From assembly GCA_965240325.2 (NCBI GenBank), contig OZ251243.1, forward strand, positions 372,001 through 436,000: a stretch of DNA of 64,000 nucleotides. The letters are read 5' to 3'. The notes under the pieces were generated by a model. The model was not told the DNA's origin and did no database searches. It saw nothing but the letters and a program-made list of their open reading frames with translations. Positions 23,660 to 35,448 of this stretch are shown here, piece after piece. The number at the start of each line of letters is the position of its first letter. The stretch's first letter is position 1. Source of the stretch: Rebecca billardiae RCC1528 (taxonomy: Eukaryota > Protista > Haptophyta). A program made the position numbers and the translations under genes.

Positions 23660-25666
23660 ACGCGCCGCCCCGGGGCGCTGCCAGCCCGGCGGCGCGCGAA
23701 TCGTCGGCGGCGCGTGCGCGGGCAGCAAGGGAAATAGGAGCGAGCTGGGCGTGGCGGCGGCGCGCTCTGTCCACGCCCACGGCCCGAGGGCGAGGGAGGC
23801 GACGGAGGAGGTGTCGTGCGCGTCGGCGGGCGCGTCGGCGGACCACATGCCCGCCGACCCCGCTGATGCGAGCACCGCCGCGCGGAAGATGAGCGAAGCG
23901 AAAGGCGCGTCCGCGTCCGCGGCGGCCGCCGCCTGCGCCGCATCTGCCGCCGCCCGCGCGGCCGCGCGGGCGCCGTCGCCGCCACCGCCGCCGTTGCCGC
24001 CGCCGTCGCCGCCGCCGTCGTCGTCGGCGGCGGCGCCGGCCGCCCCGAGAATGGCCGGCCGCCACACCACGCCGGGCCAGCCCTCGAGTGCGCGCGCCGC
24101 CCCGGCAACCGCCGCCTCGCCGCGCGCCGCGAGCGTGCGCGCACTTGAGCCGCGCGGCAGCGGCCGCGCGGCGGGCGGCGCGGCCTCCAGTGCTGAGCCC
24201 GCCGCCACCGGCGCGCCGAGTCCCGAGCAAGTGCCGCCGTCGGCGGGCGCGCCGTCGTCGGAGGCGGCGCCGCGGACGCGCGCGTGCACAGAGCCCTCCT
24301 GCGCGCGCGGCACCTGCTCGACGCGCACGCGCGCCGCCGGCGTTGCCGTGACGGCGTATCGGCGGCCGCCGCCGCCGCCCGCGGCCGCGTCCGCCGCGCC
24401 GCCCGCGTCGACGACGAGCTCAAGGGTCCAGACGGCGAGCTCGGCGGTGGGCGCGTCGTCGCCGTGCGGGCCCGGCGCGTGGTCGGTGATCACGAGCGAC
24501 CACACGCCCGAGAGCGGCCGCCCGCGCAGCCGCGCGCCGCCCTCGCCGCCCTCGCCGCCCGCGCCGTCCGCGGCGGCTGCGAACGTGCCGACGGGCGCGC
24601 AGCCGGCTGCGGCGCGCGGCGCGGCGCCGCACGCGCGCTGAGCCGGGCAGAGGGCGCAGAGCGCACGCTCGTCGAGCGGCGGGAGCGCGCCGCCCGCGCC
24701 CTCGCCCTCGCCCAGCACGAACTGCAGCACGAGCGCGTCCGCGCCGCGCGCGCCCTCCGCGCCCGCGCCCGCCGCATCCACGCCCGCCGCGGGCGCCGCG
24801 CCGTGAACGGCAGCCGCGCCCGCGGCGCCGGCCGCGAGCAGTGTGAAATTGGCGTCTGGCGCGCCGCGCGCGGCGTCGTTGAGCTCGCGCCAGCGCGCCC
24901 ACGCGTCGTCGCCCGCGCCCTCCGCCGGCGCGGGCGGCACGGGCTGGTGCCGCAGCGTGATGCGCAAGTCCCCCGCGCGCGCGTGCGTCAAGCCGTGAAG
25001 CCTCACAACGGCCGAGCGCACGGTCGCGGCCGCGGCCGCGGCCGCGGGGAGCCCCTCCGGGCGCGCGCGCACGGCGAGCGGCCAGAGGAGCGCGTGCGAG
25101 GCGCAGTGGAAGGCGTGCGGGATCGCGTCGGGCAGCAGCACGCGCGGCACCAGCCGCACCGCGCCCGAGCACTCGCCCAGCGCCGTCGGCGCGCCGAGCG
25201 CGAGCGCGCGCGGCGCGCCCGGCGCCAACTCGGCACATTCGTGCTTAGCGACAGTCGTGAGCGATCGGCCGCCGAGCAGCGCGGCGCTGTCGAGGAGCTG
25301 GTCGCCGCCGTCGCCGAGGAGGACGAGCATCGAGTGCGTGCCCGCGCGCGCGGGCAGCGAGCCCGAGAGCACCGGCGTCCAGCCGTTGTACTGCACGTCG
25401 TATTTCTGCAGCTGCCGGCCCTGGCTAGTGTCGGCTGCGACGGCGGCGGCGGCGCCGACGTCGGCCGCGGCGGCGGACGGCGCGGAGGCGGGCGCGTTGA
25501 GCGTGATGGCCGCGCGGTCGCAGCCGCCGTCGCAGCCGAACGACGCGGTGCTCAGCGCGCCGCCGCGCCGCGTGAACTTGACCGCCACGCCGTCGATGAA
25601 GACGCCGAGCGCGTCGCCCGCGCCGGCGGCGGCTGAGCCCGCGGCCGAGCCGCCGGCGCGCTGCGA

Positions 25667-25697
<31 letters not shown>

Positions 25698-26212
25698 AAT
25701 TCCTCGGAGGCGAGGACGAGCGAGAGCTCGACGATGGCGTCCTCGCGCAGGGTGAAGCCGAAGCGCAGCCACGCCACGTCGATCAGCGGCTCGGCGAACG
25801 CGCGCGCGGCGGCGGGCCAGCCCTCGTGCGCGGCGGCCGCCTTGACAGTCGCGTGCGCCGCGTCTGCGTCCCAGCAGATGGTGCCCGAGGCCTCGGGGTT
25901 GTCGTTCGGGCCGGCGGCGGCGGAGGCGAAGCCCGTCGAGAGGATCACGCCCGACTCCACGCCGACCGAGCCGCGCCCGTCCTCGAAGAAGGCGAGCTGC
26001 TGCGGCGCAAAGCCGCCCGCGCTCACCGGCACCTCCGAGTCAGGCGCCAGCTCGACGCCCGCGCCGACGAGCGCGCTCGCGAGGTCGCGCGCCGAGCCGA
26101 AAGGGCGGGTCCGGAGTGCTGCGGCGGGATGCGCGCACGCAGCCAGCGCGCACGCGAGCCAGCCGCCGCCGCCGAGGCGGCGGCGTCGCGGCGCGAGACA
26201 GCCGCTGCCCAT
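16247..26212 (-). CDS. Giant secretory multi-pass membrane protein (3321 aa): choice-of-anchor L + P-domain + TM blocks + PH-like domain
   Basis: Uninterrupted 9966-nt ORF with signal peptide WLACALAACAHPAAA. Choice-of-anchor L motifs GVILSTG..ASEEF..DALGVFIDG..VQYNGWTPVL..GDGGDQLLDSAALL. P-domain motifs LTHARAGDLRITL..GVWSLVITD..WTLEL. Many hydrophobic helices. PH-like CFELFL..CDSSEEALCWLAGL. Confidence 0.8.
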
Positions 26213-27204
26213 GCTGGGCAGGCTCGGCCGATGAACGGTGCAAGCAGAGCCGAAAGAAAGTGAGCAAGGGCCGCCGCGCTGCCGCTTTCAGCTTGCTAAT
26301 GTGATGCACGGTTTTGGCCCAAAGTGGACGAAAGTCGAGTATCTGCTCGTCCCAAAAGTTTACCCGCATAGATGCCGTAACGGCCGGCGGCATCTCGCGC
26401 GCACGATGGCGGACTTCAAGCCCGCCCGGGCTGGGCCCATCAAGACCGGAAGGAGCCAAGGCCAAGTGGCGCCGCGCGCTCGCGCGCTGGCTGCTTCGCC
26501 GTCAGCGGGGAGGTCGCAAGAGTACCTGGCTCACTCGCGGTCGCCCTGTTGCCGAGCCTGCGCGCGCTCGCAAGCCCTTGCAGGCGCGCTCCCAAGTACA
26601 AGCACCGGGCCGGCAGCTTATGACCGCGCAGGGCCCATCGCGCCTGCAAGGGCTTGCGCGTGCGTCCTGCGTCTCTCCCTCGCCGCAGAGACCATGCCCC
26701 GTCCGAAAGCCATTCCGCATGGCTTGCCGCCAGCCGGCGCGCGGCGGTGGCGCATGCAGCACAGGATGGCTGGCTGCCAAGTGCATGCGCCCTGCAAGGG
26801 CTGCTCCGCGGGCCGACTAACGGATCCACAACGCCAACGTGCGCGGCTGGACCCGGCCACGCGTCCTCCGTGCGCGCATAGGTGCGCGTCCTCGCGTGCC
26901 TCTGCAGTCTGGATGGGCGTCGTCATGCGCACGCCTCGTCGTGCCTGCACGCCGTCGATTCGCGTTACAATTTGATGAGCGATCATCGATGAATCGATGA
27001 CAGACAGGACTAGCGGCATGCAACAAAAGATTACGGAATGGCCCTTTTACCCCGCTTGAGCATACTTCACAGAATCAGCCTTCGTCGGTACAGTAATGTC
27101 GTACAATATTGTAAGGTACCCACCCGCCCGAGCGTCGCGGGACCCGCTCGGGCGATCCCGAGGGAGGCCGACCTGCCCGGTGCGGGGGCCACGGGCGTCG
27201 CCCC

Positions 27205-29608
27205 ATGCCGGCGGCGACGGCGACGCACGCGGCCACACCGGTGCCGTGGGGCCCGGTGGGCGTGGTGATCGCGTGCATCTTCGCCGACGCGCTCAAGATG
27301 ATGCTCGTCTTCCCCTTCCTCCCCTTCATGGTGCGCGACCTTCTCGGCACCGGGGCGGAGAGCGCGGTCGCGACGTACGCGGGCCTGCTCGCGGGCGCGT
27401 ACAAGATCGGGCAGTTCGTGCTCGCGCCGGCGTTCGGCTACTTCGCCGACGCGTTCGGCCGCCGGCCGCCCATGCTCATCGCGATGGCCATCGGCCCCGT
27501 CATGCTCGTCCTCTTTGCGACCGCGCCGACCTTCCGCCTCGCGTTTGTCTGGCGGCTGCTGCAGGGCGCGGTCTCGGGCAGCGTGACGGTGGGCAAGGTG
27601 TACCTCGCCGACGTGACGGACGCGTCGAACGAGGCGCGCGTCTTCTCGTACGTCGGCCTCGCCATGGGCCTCGGCGTCGTCGTCGGCCCGACGATCGGCG
27701 GCCTGCTCGCCCGGCCGTGCGTGCAGTACCCCGGCGTGGCGCTCTTCGACCCGGCGCGCACGCCGAGCGGCCGGCTGTTCTCGCGCTTCCCGTACCTGCT
27801 GCCGTGCCTCTGCTCGGTCGCGTGCTCGCTCACCAACCTCGTCAGCTCGTGGTTCCTCCTTAAGGAGAGCCACCCCGAGTTCAGGCGCGTGGGCGGCGGC
27901 TGGCGAGCGCAGCGGCGGCGCGCCGCTCCGAGGGGAGGGCGCGAGCTGAGGGCGGCGGCGGCGCTGGACGACTCGGACAGCGGGGGACGCGGCACGCTCG
28001 CGCGCGTGCAGGAGCCGCTGCTGCCGCAGAGCATGCGCGGCGGCGGCGCGCCCGCCGCCGCCGCACCCGTCGTCGCGGGGCTCGAGCGCGCAGACTCTGC
28101 GGCGTCGGAGCCGCTGCCGCCGCAGGCGCGCTGCGGCCCGCCGCCACCGCTCTCCGGCGGCGGCGGCAGCAGCGCCGAGCTGCTGGGCGGCGGTGCGGCG
28201 GTGCACCCGGCGCCGGGCGTGGCGTCGCTCCCGCCGCACCGCGCCTCGCTGCGCTCCGCCGCCCGCTCGCGCACCGTCGCCGCCGAGGGCCCCGGCTCCG
28301 CCGCGGCGCTCGCGCAGAGCGAGGCCATGCGCCTCGTGCGCCGCTCACTCTCACGCACGTCCACGCAGCCGGGGCTGCTGCTGCAGCGCGGCGAGTCGTC
28401 GCTGGACATCATCGACATCAACCCGGCGCAGGCGTCGGACTGGCTGCGGCAGGAGGGCGAGCGGCCGACCACGCTCCCGCTCGTCGCCGCACGACAGCTC
28501 GTGCGCGGAATCTCGAGGCTCACCATCGCCGCGCTCGCCGGCGGCGCCGAGCACGGCGGCGGCGCCGCCGCCGGCGCGCCAGCCTGTGCCTTGGCCGAGG
28601 ATGGCGCGGCGCCGGCCAAGGCGCACCAGGCGGGTGGCGTCGGCGCCGACGCGTCGGCGGCGGACGGCGTGCCGCCCGCGAGCGCCGAGCAGAACGGCGC
28701 CGCCGCCGGCGCGGCCGCCGCGCGGCAGCGGTGGCGGCTGTTCTGGACTCTGCAGACGATCCAAGTGCTCTTTACTCTATCGGGCAACGGGCTGGCGGAA
28801 GTCCTGCCGGTCCGGATGTCCGCGCCGCCCAAGCACGGCGGGTACGCGCTCTCGGCGCGCGAGATCGGCGCGACGCAGGCGGTGGGCGGGCTCGCGCTGC
28901 TCCTCGTCGTGCTCTGCGTCTTCTTCCGCTTCGTCAAAATGGTGGGCGCGGTGCGCGCGCTGCACACCGGACTTTTCGCAAACGCACTCGTCTTTGGGTT
29001 TCCTCTCGGGGTCGACGTGTTCGTGGCGGCGCACGGCGCGCCCGGCACGCCGGGCGGGCCCGGGCGCCGCGCGCTGGCGGTGGTGTTTGCGCTCACGTGG
29101 GCGGTGCGCGCCTTCTCGCTCAACACGGTGCGCGCGCGCGCGCGCGCCGCTCGGCTGCGTGCGTCCGCGCGCCGCCGGCGCCGCACTGCCCGCCCGCGCC
29201 CGAGTCGTCAGCCCTTCCGAAGAGGCACGCGGGCGCGCCGCCGCGCGTCGCGTTGGCCTCCGACGCCTCGTGCTCCCCGGCGCGCCTGCGCCCGCGCCGC
29301 GCGTCCCCGCCGCACAGTCCAACTCGTGCTCCGTGCTGCTCTCGAAGGGGTGCCTGCCGCGCTCGATGCTCGGCTTTGGGCTCGGCGTGAACCAAGCGGC
29401 CTCCTCTTTGGGCAACGCCCTGGGGCCGGTGCTGTCAGGATGGCTGTATACGGCCGCGCTCGACCTGGGCCCACGGCTGCCGCCCTGCCTGGCGCAGGGG
29501 CGGCTGTACTTTGTGCTGGGCGGAGGGATCGCGCTGCTGTCGAGCGCGTGCGCGTGCCTGCTCCCGCCGTGGCCGTGGGAGCGAGCCGCCGAGCCCGGCG
29601 CGTGTTAA
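27205..29608 (+). CDS. Major facilitator superfamily transporter (ZIFL/TetA-like); one intron 29128-29317
   Basis: Motif A GYFADAFGRRP, YLADVTD, GVVVGPTIGGLL, FSRFPYLLP. Removing the GT..AG intron restores C-terminal helices (GNALGPVLSGWLY). Confidence 0.9.
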
Positions 29609-30282
29609 AGCGTCAGGGCGCCCGCGGCCGGAGAGAGTAGAGGCGCGCGAGCGCACTGGCGCGTGTCCGCCGCGCCTGCGGACCTTGTAGTTCGGGAAGA
29701 ACGGCGGTGACCCGCTCAGCGTTGCTGCCATCGTTGCTGCTGCCACTGATGGCGCGCTCGCGGCACGAGTGGTCGTCGGCCCGGCGGAAGCCGACCGCCC
29801 TGCTGAGTGCTGTCGCTCGGACGATCTCCCGGGGACAGGACCGTCCGGCAGAGTGCCGAACAAATGGCGACGGACTGCCGACGAGTAATACCCTGACGAC
29901 GTCGACGACGACAACAACGCGACATCCACCATGGCGACCAACATCAACGTGCTCACACCACTGCCACTGCTGCAAGCTTCGACCAGTACCACTACAGACG
30001 AATCAGGAGAGCTGCGCCCTCGTGCCTGTGTCTTTTTAAAATCATAGATAGACGAATTAGTATGCGCGCGAGTTCCGCTGTGCGCGCCTGTGCCCCCTCG
30101 AGCCCGCGAGCCACCGGACTGGACGATCCGACGATGGATCCGACCAACCGTGGCCGAGCAACCGCGCGAGGAGGGTGCGGGCTCAGACCAACACGCACGC
30201 CGCGCAGCTGCGCCTCGCAACGCTCGGCGGCGCCCTCGCTGTAAGCAGCTGCTGCAGCGTCGACCCTCGTCACGCCGTGCCG

Positions 30283-32172
30283 ATGCCGTCCAGTGCCGCA
30301 TCGGCGCTGCTCGCCGAGGCAAAGGCGCGCGCAGTGAAGATGCGCGCCCCGCCAATATGCGCCAAGGTATTGAGCACACTGCTCGCAGCGCTGCGTGCCG
30401 AGCTTCTGGACAGGGAGGAGGTGATCACGGCGCTCGTCCCTTTCGCCGCTTATTCAGTGCTGTATTTCGGTGACCAGGAGATCATCGATTCGCAGGCTCT
30501 GCCGGGGCTGGTGCAGCTCGCGTCCAGCGGCACCGCCGAGGTGCAGGCGGCTGCGCTGCGCGCCATCTGCGTTTTGTCTAGCATGAGATCGGGTGATGAT
30601 GTGTGCGGGATACGCGCCGGGTTCGAGTCCCTTGGCCTCATCCCGCTGCTCGTGTCGCTGCTGCGGTCGCAGGACGAGGGCGTGCAGCACCCGGCTGCTG
30701 GCGCGCTGCGCATGCTTGCAGATGATCCGCACCATGCGATCATTGAGTCGGGCGCGATCCCGCCGCTCGTGTCGCTGCTCCGATCTCCAAACGAGGACGT
30801 GCAGGTTTCGGCGGCATCGGCCCTACACGAAGCGGTCGAAAGTCTACCACTCGAGGATGGCCTGGCGGAGATGTGTGAAGCACTCGTGGAAGCGGGCGCG
30901 ATCCAGCCGCTCGTGACACTGCTGGGGGATCCTCGCGTGTGCTTGCACAAGCTGGCAGCAGGCATTTTCAGCGAAACGGCCCATGAGGAGTTGGTGCGGG
31001 CGCAGCTCATCGAGGCGGGCGGCATACAGCCGCTCGTGGCGCTGCTCGGCTCTGCAGATGCTGGCGTGCAGCACGCTGCAGCAAATGCAGTCCGCATGTG
31101 CGCCAGTGACTCGGAAGCGACATGCCGCTCGATCGTGAGCCACGGGCTCTGTGAGCGCCTCGTGCCCCTGCTGCTGGGCGTGTGCGATGGCTCTGCGCAC
31201 GTGTGGACGTTTGCAGTGGAAGCGCTGGCGCACGTCATTGAGCAGCCCGGCGCGCACCGAGCAGACATTGCACGCGCGCCTGGGCTGGTCAGCGCGCTGC
31301 AGCACGCGCTGCACAGCTGTGACGTGCTCATCGCAGACAATGCCCCTGGTATTCATGCAAGGGCGGCAATTGCACGCGCGCAACAATTTGCTGCGCTGCG
31401 CGCTCTCAAGGGCCTGCTATGCTGCAATAACGACGATCTGCTGCACCGCGCGTGCGCCTCCGCAGGCAAGGCACACACACAGCTCGCCGACAGCGAGGCT
31501 GAGCTGCGCCGCTCGCACGCGCGGCTGTGCTCGCTGGGCGACACGGTGGGCGAGCCCACGCGGCAGCACGACGTGGTGCTGCGGTGCGCGGACGGCACCG
31601 AGCTGGGCGCGAGCCGGCTGCTGCTGGCGCAGCACTCGCAGTACTACGAGCGGCAGCTGGGCGGCGGACTGGCGGAGGGCAGCCAGCGCGAGCTGGCCGC
31701 TGACCCTGACTTCAGCTCGGCAGCGCACGAGGCGCTGCTGCGCCAGCTGCACTCGGCGGGCGTGGCGCCGCTGCCGGACGAGACGTCCGTGCTGCTCGAG
31801 CTGGCCCGGCTGGCGTGCAAGCTGCTGCCACCGCCACCACCCGAGGGCTCGGAGGCGCCCGCTGCCGATGCGGCCGGTGACGTGCTTGTGGACGTGGCGC
31901 TTCGCTGCGAGGACGCGCTGCTCGCCGGGCTGGACGTGGACAACTGCCTCGACCTGCTGCGGCACGCCAAGGCGATGGGCGGGTGTCCGCGGCTCACAGA
32001 GGCCGTGCGCGCGCTCGCCAGGGAGCAGGTCGAAACACTCACGAAGCAGGAACGCTGGGCTTCGTTCAAGCGAGAGGACCCCGCCGAGGCGCTCGAGCTG
32101 ATGGAGACGCTGGCGTTGGACATGGCCAACCCTGGCCGCATGCCGTCCAGCAAGCGCAAGCGGCGATCATGA
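30283..32172 (+). CDS. Armadillo-repeat + BTB/POZ protein, paralog 1 (ARIA-like CUL3 adaptor)
   Basis: ARM repeats (GAIPPLVSLLRS, GGIQPLVALLGS). BTB HDVVLRCADG..ASRLLLAQHSQYY. BACK-like LDVDNCLDLL. C-terminal NLS KRKRR. Confidence 0.85.
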   Translation: MPSSAASALLAEAKARAVKMRAPPICAKVLSTLLAALRAELLDREEVITALVPFAAYSVLYFGDQEIIDSQALPGLVQLASSGTAEVQAAALRAICVLSSMRSGDDVCGIRAGFESLGLIPLLVSLLRSQDEGVQHPAAGALRMLADDPHHAIIESGAIPPLVSLLRSPNEDVQVSAASALHEAVESLPLEDGLAEMCEALVEAGAIQPLVTLLGDPRVCLHKLAAGIFSETAHEELVRAQLIEAGGIQPLVALLGSADAGVQHAAANAVRMCASDSEATCRSIVSHGLCERLVPLLLGVCDGSAHVWTFAVEALAHVIEQPGAHRADIARAPGLVSALQHALHSCDVLIADNAPGIHARAAIARAQQFAALRALKGLLCCNNDDLLHRACASAGKAHTQLADSEAELRRSHARLCSLGDTVGEPTRQHDVVLRCADGTELGASRLLLAQHSQYYERQLGGGLAEGSQRELAADPDFSSAAHEALLRQLHSAGVAPLPDETSVLLELARLACKLLPPPPPEGSEAPAADAAGDVLVDVALRCEDALLAGLDVDNCLDLLRHAKAMGGCPRLTEAVRALAREQVETLTKQERWASFKREDPAEALELMETLALDMANPGRMPSSKRKRRS

Positions 32173-33499
32173 AGCGCAGCAGCCGCTGCTGCGGCCCGCT
32201 GTGCCGCTGTGGACGTGCGCGGCTGCGTGCGGTGTGGACGTGCGTGCGGTTTGGATTTGCTGCGTGTAACTGCCATTCGACGTCAACACTCTTCTCTGTC
32301 TCTTGGCAGGGATCTGGGATGCTGGTGAGGGGTGGGCATTGCCGGCGACCATTTGCCCATGTGCAACTGTGCGCTGGGCCAGCGGCTGACAACCGCCACC
32401 GCGCCAGGTAAGCAGGTTCGCCCATCCCCACTGCCCTGGGCGTCAGGCAGCAGTCGTCGTCTTTGCGTCGTCAGCATCGTCGTCGTCGTCGTCATTGATT
32501 TGCCGCTGGGCGCTGGCGACATGAAGCGTGCTGATGACTGATGCGCCCATTAAGGGTGTGGCCTGAGTCAGTAGCTCGACTGACAGTCTGCGGTTGCCCT
32601 TGTCGTCGGTTTCAGGTTCAGCGAGCAACGCCCGTGCCCGGCGTCCGTGGCGGTGAGCTACCGGACATTACAGGGGGGTCCAGATGGTGGGCCCCACTTT
32701 GGCGGTGGCTGGCCAGGTAGTGCGGCACGTCCGTGCCTCTGGACGGGCATTGAGCGGTGGCGAGGTCGCCAAATGGCGTGGCGTGGTCCCAGACAAGGTT
32801 GTTACTAGTCCTGATCAGCTTGCTAGCCATGCCGGTCGTTGATCACCCTGCCGTTGACAGGCGCGCACACGCCAAACGTATTCGCACGGCAGCCGTGTCG
32901 GACGGCGGTCGCACGACTACCGCGCAGCCAACCTTGCTCGTCAGATCCACGGCTTGTAGGGTCAGATGGACCATTGCCAGGCATGCACCGTCGCAATGCA
33001 TGCCCCAGAGGGCAGTATGACCGTCAGAACGGTGATCCTGGCCGCTACCTGCCCATCCTTCTCATGCGCAACCTCACCGGCGCGCCGGTCGTACGGGGTC
33101 GTGGACGTGGACGTGAGAGTGGTCGAAAAGTCGGAAGGGAAGCTGTCACTCACGCGCACGCGCTCGTACGGCGACGCCGACCTGCCTACGCCACGCCCCA
33201 GTGACCGGGCCGTGGCGCTGGGGCCTTAGATCGCGTTGGGACGGGCATTCACGCCCGCCATGGCTTCCCTTCCGAAGTGGGAAACTTCATCTGGCCCCCC
33301 CTGTAAGGTCCCGGACCACTCGGACCAGGCGTCGGAACCAAGGCCGCGCGACCCAGGTGGCCGGGCCTGACGACGCCCTCCACACGGACAGGGTGCGGGC
33401 TAGACCAACACGCACGCCGCGCAGCTGCGCCTCGCAACGCTCGGCGGCGCCCTCGCTGTAAGCAGCTGCTGCAGCGTCGACCCTCGTCGCGCCGTGCCG

Positions 33500-35389
33500 A
33501 TGCCTTCCAGTGCCGCATCGGCGCTGCTCGCCGAGGCAAAGGCGCGCGCAGTGAAGATACGCGCTGACGCCCCGCCAATATGCGCCAAGGCGGTGAGCAC
33601 ACTGCTCGCAGCGCTGCGTGCCGAGCTTCTGGACAGGGAGGAGGTGATCACGGCGCTCGTCCCTTTCGCCGCTGATTCAGTGCTGCATCTCGGTGACAAA
33701 CAGGAGATCATCGATTCGCAGGCTCTGCCGGGGCTGGTGCAGCTCGCGTCCAGCGGCACCGCCGAGGTGCAGGCGGCTGCGCTTCTCGCCATCCGGGCCC
33801 TTTCTATTTCGCGCCCGGAGGACCATGAGTACGCGATGCGCTTCGAGCTCCAGGACAATGGCGTCATCCCGCTGCTCGTGTCGCTGCTGCGGTCGCAGGA
33901 CGAGGGCGTGCAGCACCCGGCTGCTGGCGCGTTGTGCATTCTTGCAGATGATCCGCACCATGCGATCATTGAGTCGGGCGCGATCCCGCCGCTCGTGTCG
34001 CTGCTCCGATCTCCAAACGAGGACGTGCAGGTTTCGGCGGCATTGGCCCTACACGAAGCGGTCGACAGTCTACCACTCGAGGATGGCCCGGCGGAGATGT
34101 GTGAAGCGCTCGTGGAAGCGGGCGCGATCCCGGCGCTCGTGACACTGCTGGGGGATCCTCGCGTGTGCTTGCACAGGTTGGCAGCAGGCATTTTCAGCGA
34201 GACGGCCCATGAGGAGTTGGTGCGTGCGCAGCTCATCGAGGCGGGCGGCATCCAGCCGCTCGTGGCGCTACTCGGCTCTGCAGATGCTTACGTGCAGTAC
34301 GCTGCAGCAAGTGCAGTCCGCATGTGTGCCAGTGACTCTGAAGCGACATGCCGCTCGATCGTGAGCCACGGGCTCTGTGACCGCCTCGTGCCCCTGCTGC
34401 TGCGCGTGCGCGATGGCTCTGCGCACGTGTGGAAATTTGCTGTGCAAGCGCTGGCGCAAATCATTGAGCAGCCCGGCGCGCACCGAGCAGACATTGCACG
34501 TGCGCCTGGGCTGGTCAGCGCGCTGCAGCACGCGCTGCACAGCTGCGACGTGCTCATCGCAGACGATCCTCCTGGTGGAGGGGCGGCAATTTCACGCGCG
34601 CAACAATTTGCGCTGCGCGCTCTCAAGGGCCTGCTATGCTGCGACGACGACGATCTGCTGCACCTCGCGTGCGCCTCCGCAGGGAAGGCGCACACACAGC
34701 TCGCCGACAGCGAGGCTGAGCTGCGCCGCTCGCACGCGCGGCTGTGCTCGCTGGGCGACGCGGTGGGCGAGCCCTCGCGGCAGCACGACGTGGTGCTGCG
34801 GTGCGCGGACGGCACCGAGCTGGGCGCGAGCCGGCTGCTGCTGGCGCAGCACTCGCAGTACTACGAGCGGCAGCTGGGCGGCGGACTGGCGGAGGGCAGC
34901 CAGCGCGAGCTGGCCGCTGACCCTGACTTCAGCTCGGCAGCGCACGAGGCGCTGCTGCGCCAGCTGCACTCGGCGGGCGTGGCGCCGCTGCCGGACGAGA
35001 CGTCCGTGCTGCTCGAGCTGGCCCGGCTGGCGTGCAAGCTGCTGCCACCGCCACCACCCGAGGGCTCGGAGGCGCCCGCTGCCGATGCGGCCGGTGACGT
35101 GCTGGTGGACGTCGCACTTCGGTGCGAGGACGCGCTGCTTGCCGGCCTGGACGTGGACAACTGCCTCGACCTGCTGCGGCACGCCAAGGCGATGGGCGGG
35201 TGTCCGCGGCTCACAGAGGCCGTGCGCGCGCTCGCCAGGGAGCAGGTCGAAACACTCACGAAGCAGGAGAGGTGGGCTTCGTTCAAGCGAGAGGACCCCG
35301 CCGAGGCGCTCGAGCTGATGGAGACGCTGGCGTTGGACATGGCCAACCCTGGCCGCATGCCGTCCAGCAAGCGCAAGCGGCGATCATGA
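33500..35389 (+). CDS. Armadillo-repeat + BTB/POZ protein, paralog 2
   Basis: Tandem near-duplicate of 30283-32172. The duplicated unit starts at ~30172 / ~33391. Confidence 0.85.
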   Translation: MPSSAASALLAEAKARAVKIRADAPPICAKAVSTLLAALRAELLDREEVITALVPFAADSVLHLGDKQEIIDSQALPGLVQLASSGTAEVQAAALLAIRALSISRPEDHEYAMRFELQDNGVIPLLVSLLRSQDEGVQHPAAGALCILADDPHHAIIESGAIPPLVSLLRSPNEDVQVSAALALHEAVDSLPLEDGPAEMCEALVEAGAIPALVTLLGDPRVCLHRLAAGIFSETAHEELVRAQLIEAGGIQPLVALLGSADAYVQYAAASAVRMCASDSEATCRSIVSHGLCDRLVPLLLRVRDGSAHVWKFAVQALAQIIEQPGAHRADIARAPGLVSALQHALHSCDVLIADDPPGGGAAISRAQQFALRALKGLLCCDDDDLLHLACASAGKAHTQLADSEAELRRSHARLCSLGDAVGEPSRQHDVVLRCADGTELGASRLLLAQHSQYYERQLGGGLAEGSQRELAADPDFSSAAHEALLRQLHSAGVAPLPDETSVLLELARLACKLLPPPPPEGSEAPAADAAGDVLVDVALRCEDALLAGLDVDNCLDLLRHAKAMGGCPRLTEAVRALAREQVETLTKQERWASFKREDPAEALELMETLALDMANPGRMPSSKRKRRS

Positions 35390-35448
35390 GGCCCTTCCCC
35401 AGCCGAGGCCACATCATCGTCGATTCATTCCCCTCTTCTCGGGGAATC

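Noticed and set aside
17027-26234. Very long plus-strand ORFs (656-1463 aa) opposite the giant gene, and similar antisense ORFs over FtsH, GMPR and CDC48
   Set aside because: Arg/Ala/Pro-rich shadow frames caused by extreme GC content and scarce stop codons; no domains.
32173-33390. Short ORFs between the ARM-BTB paralogs
   Set aside because: No motif, weak codon bias and fragmented; possibly decayed sequence but unsupported.
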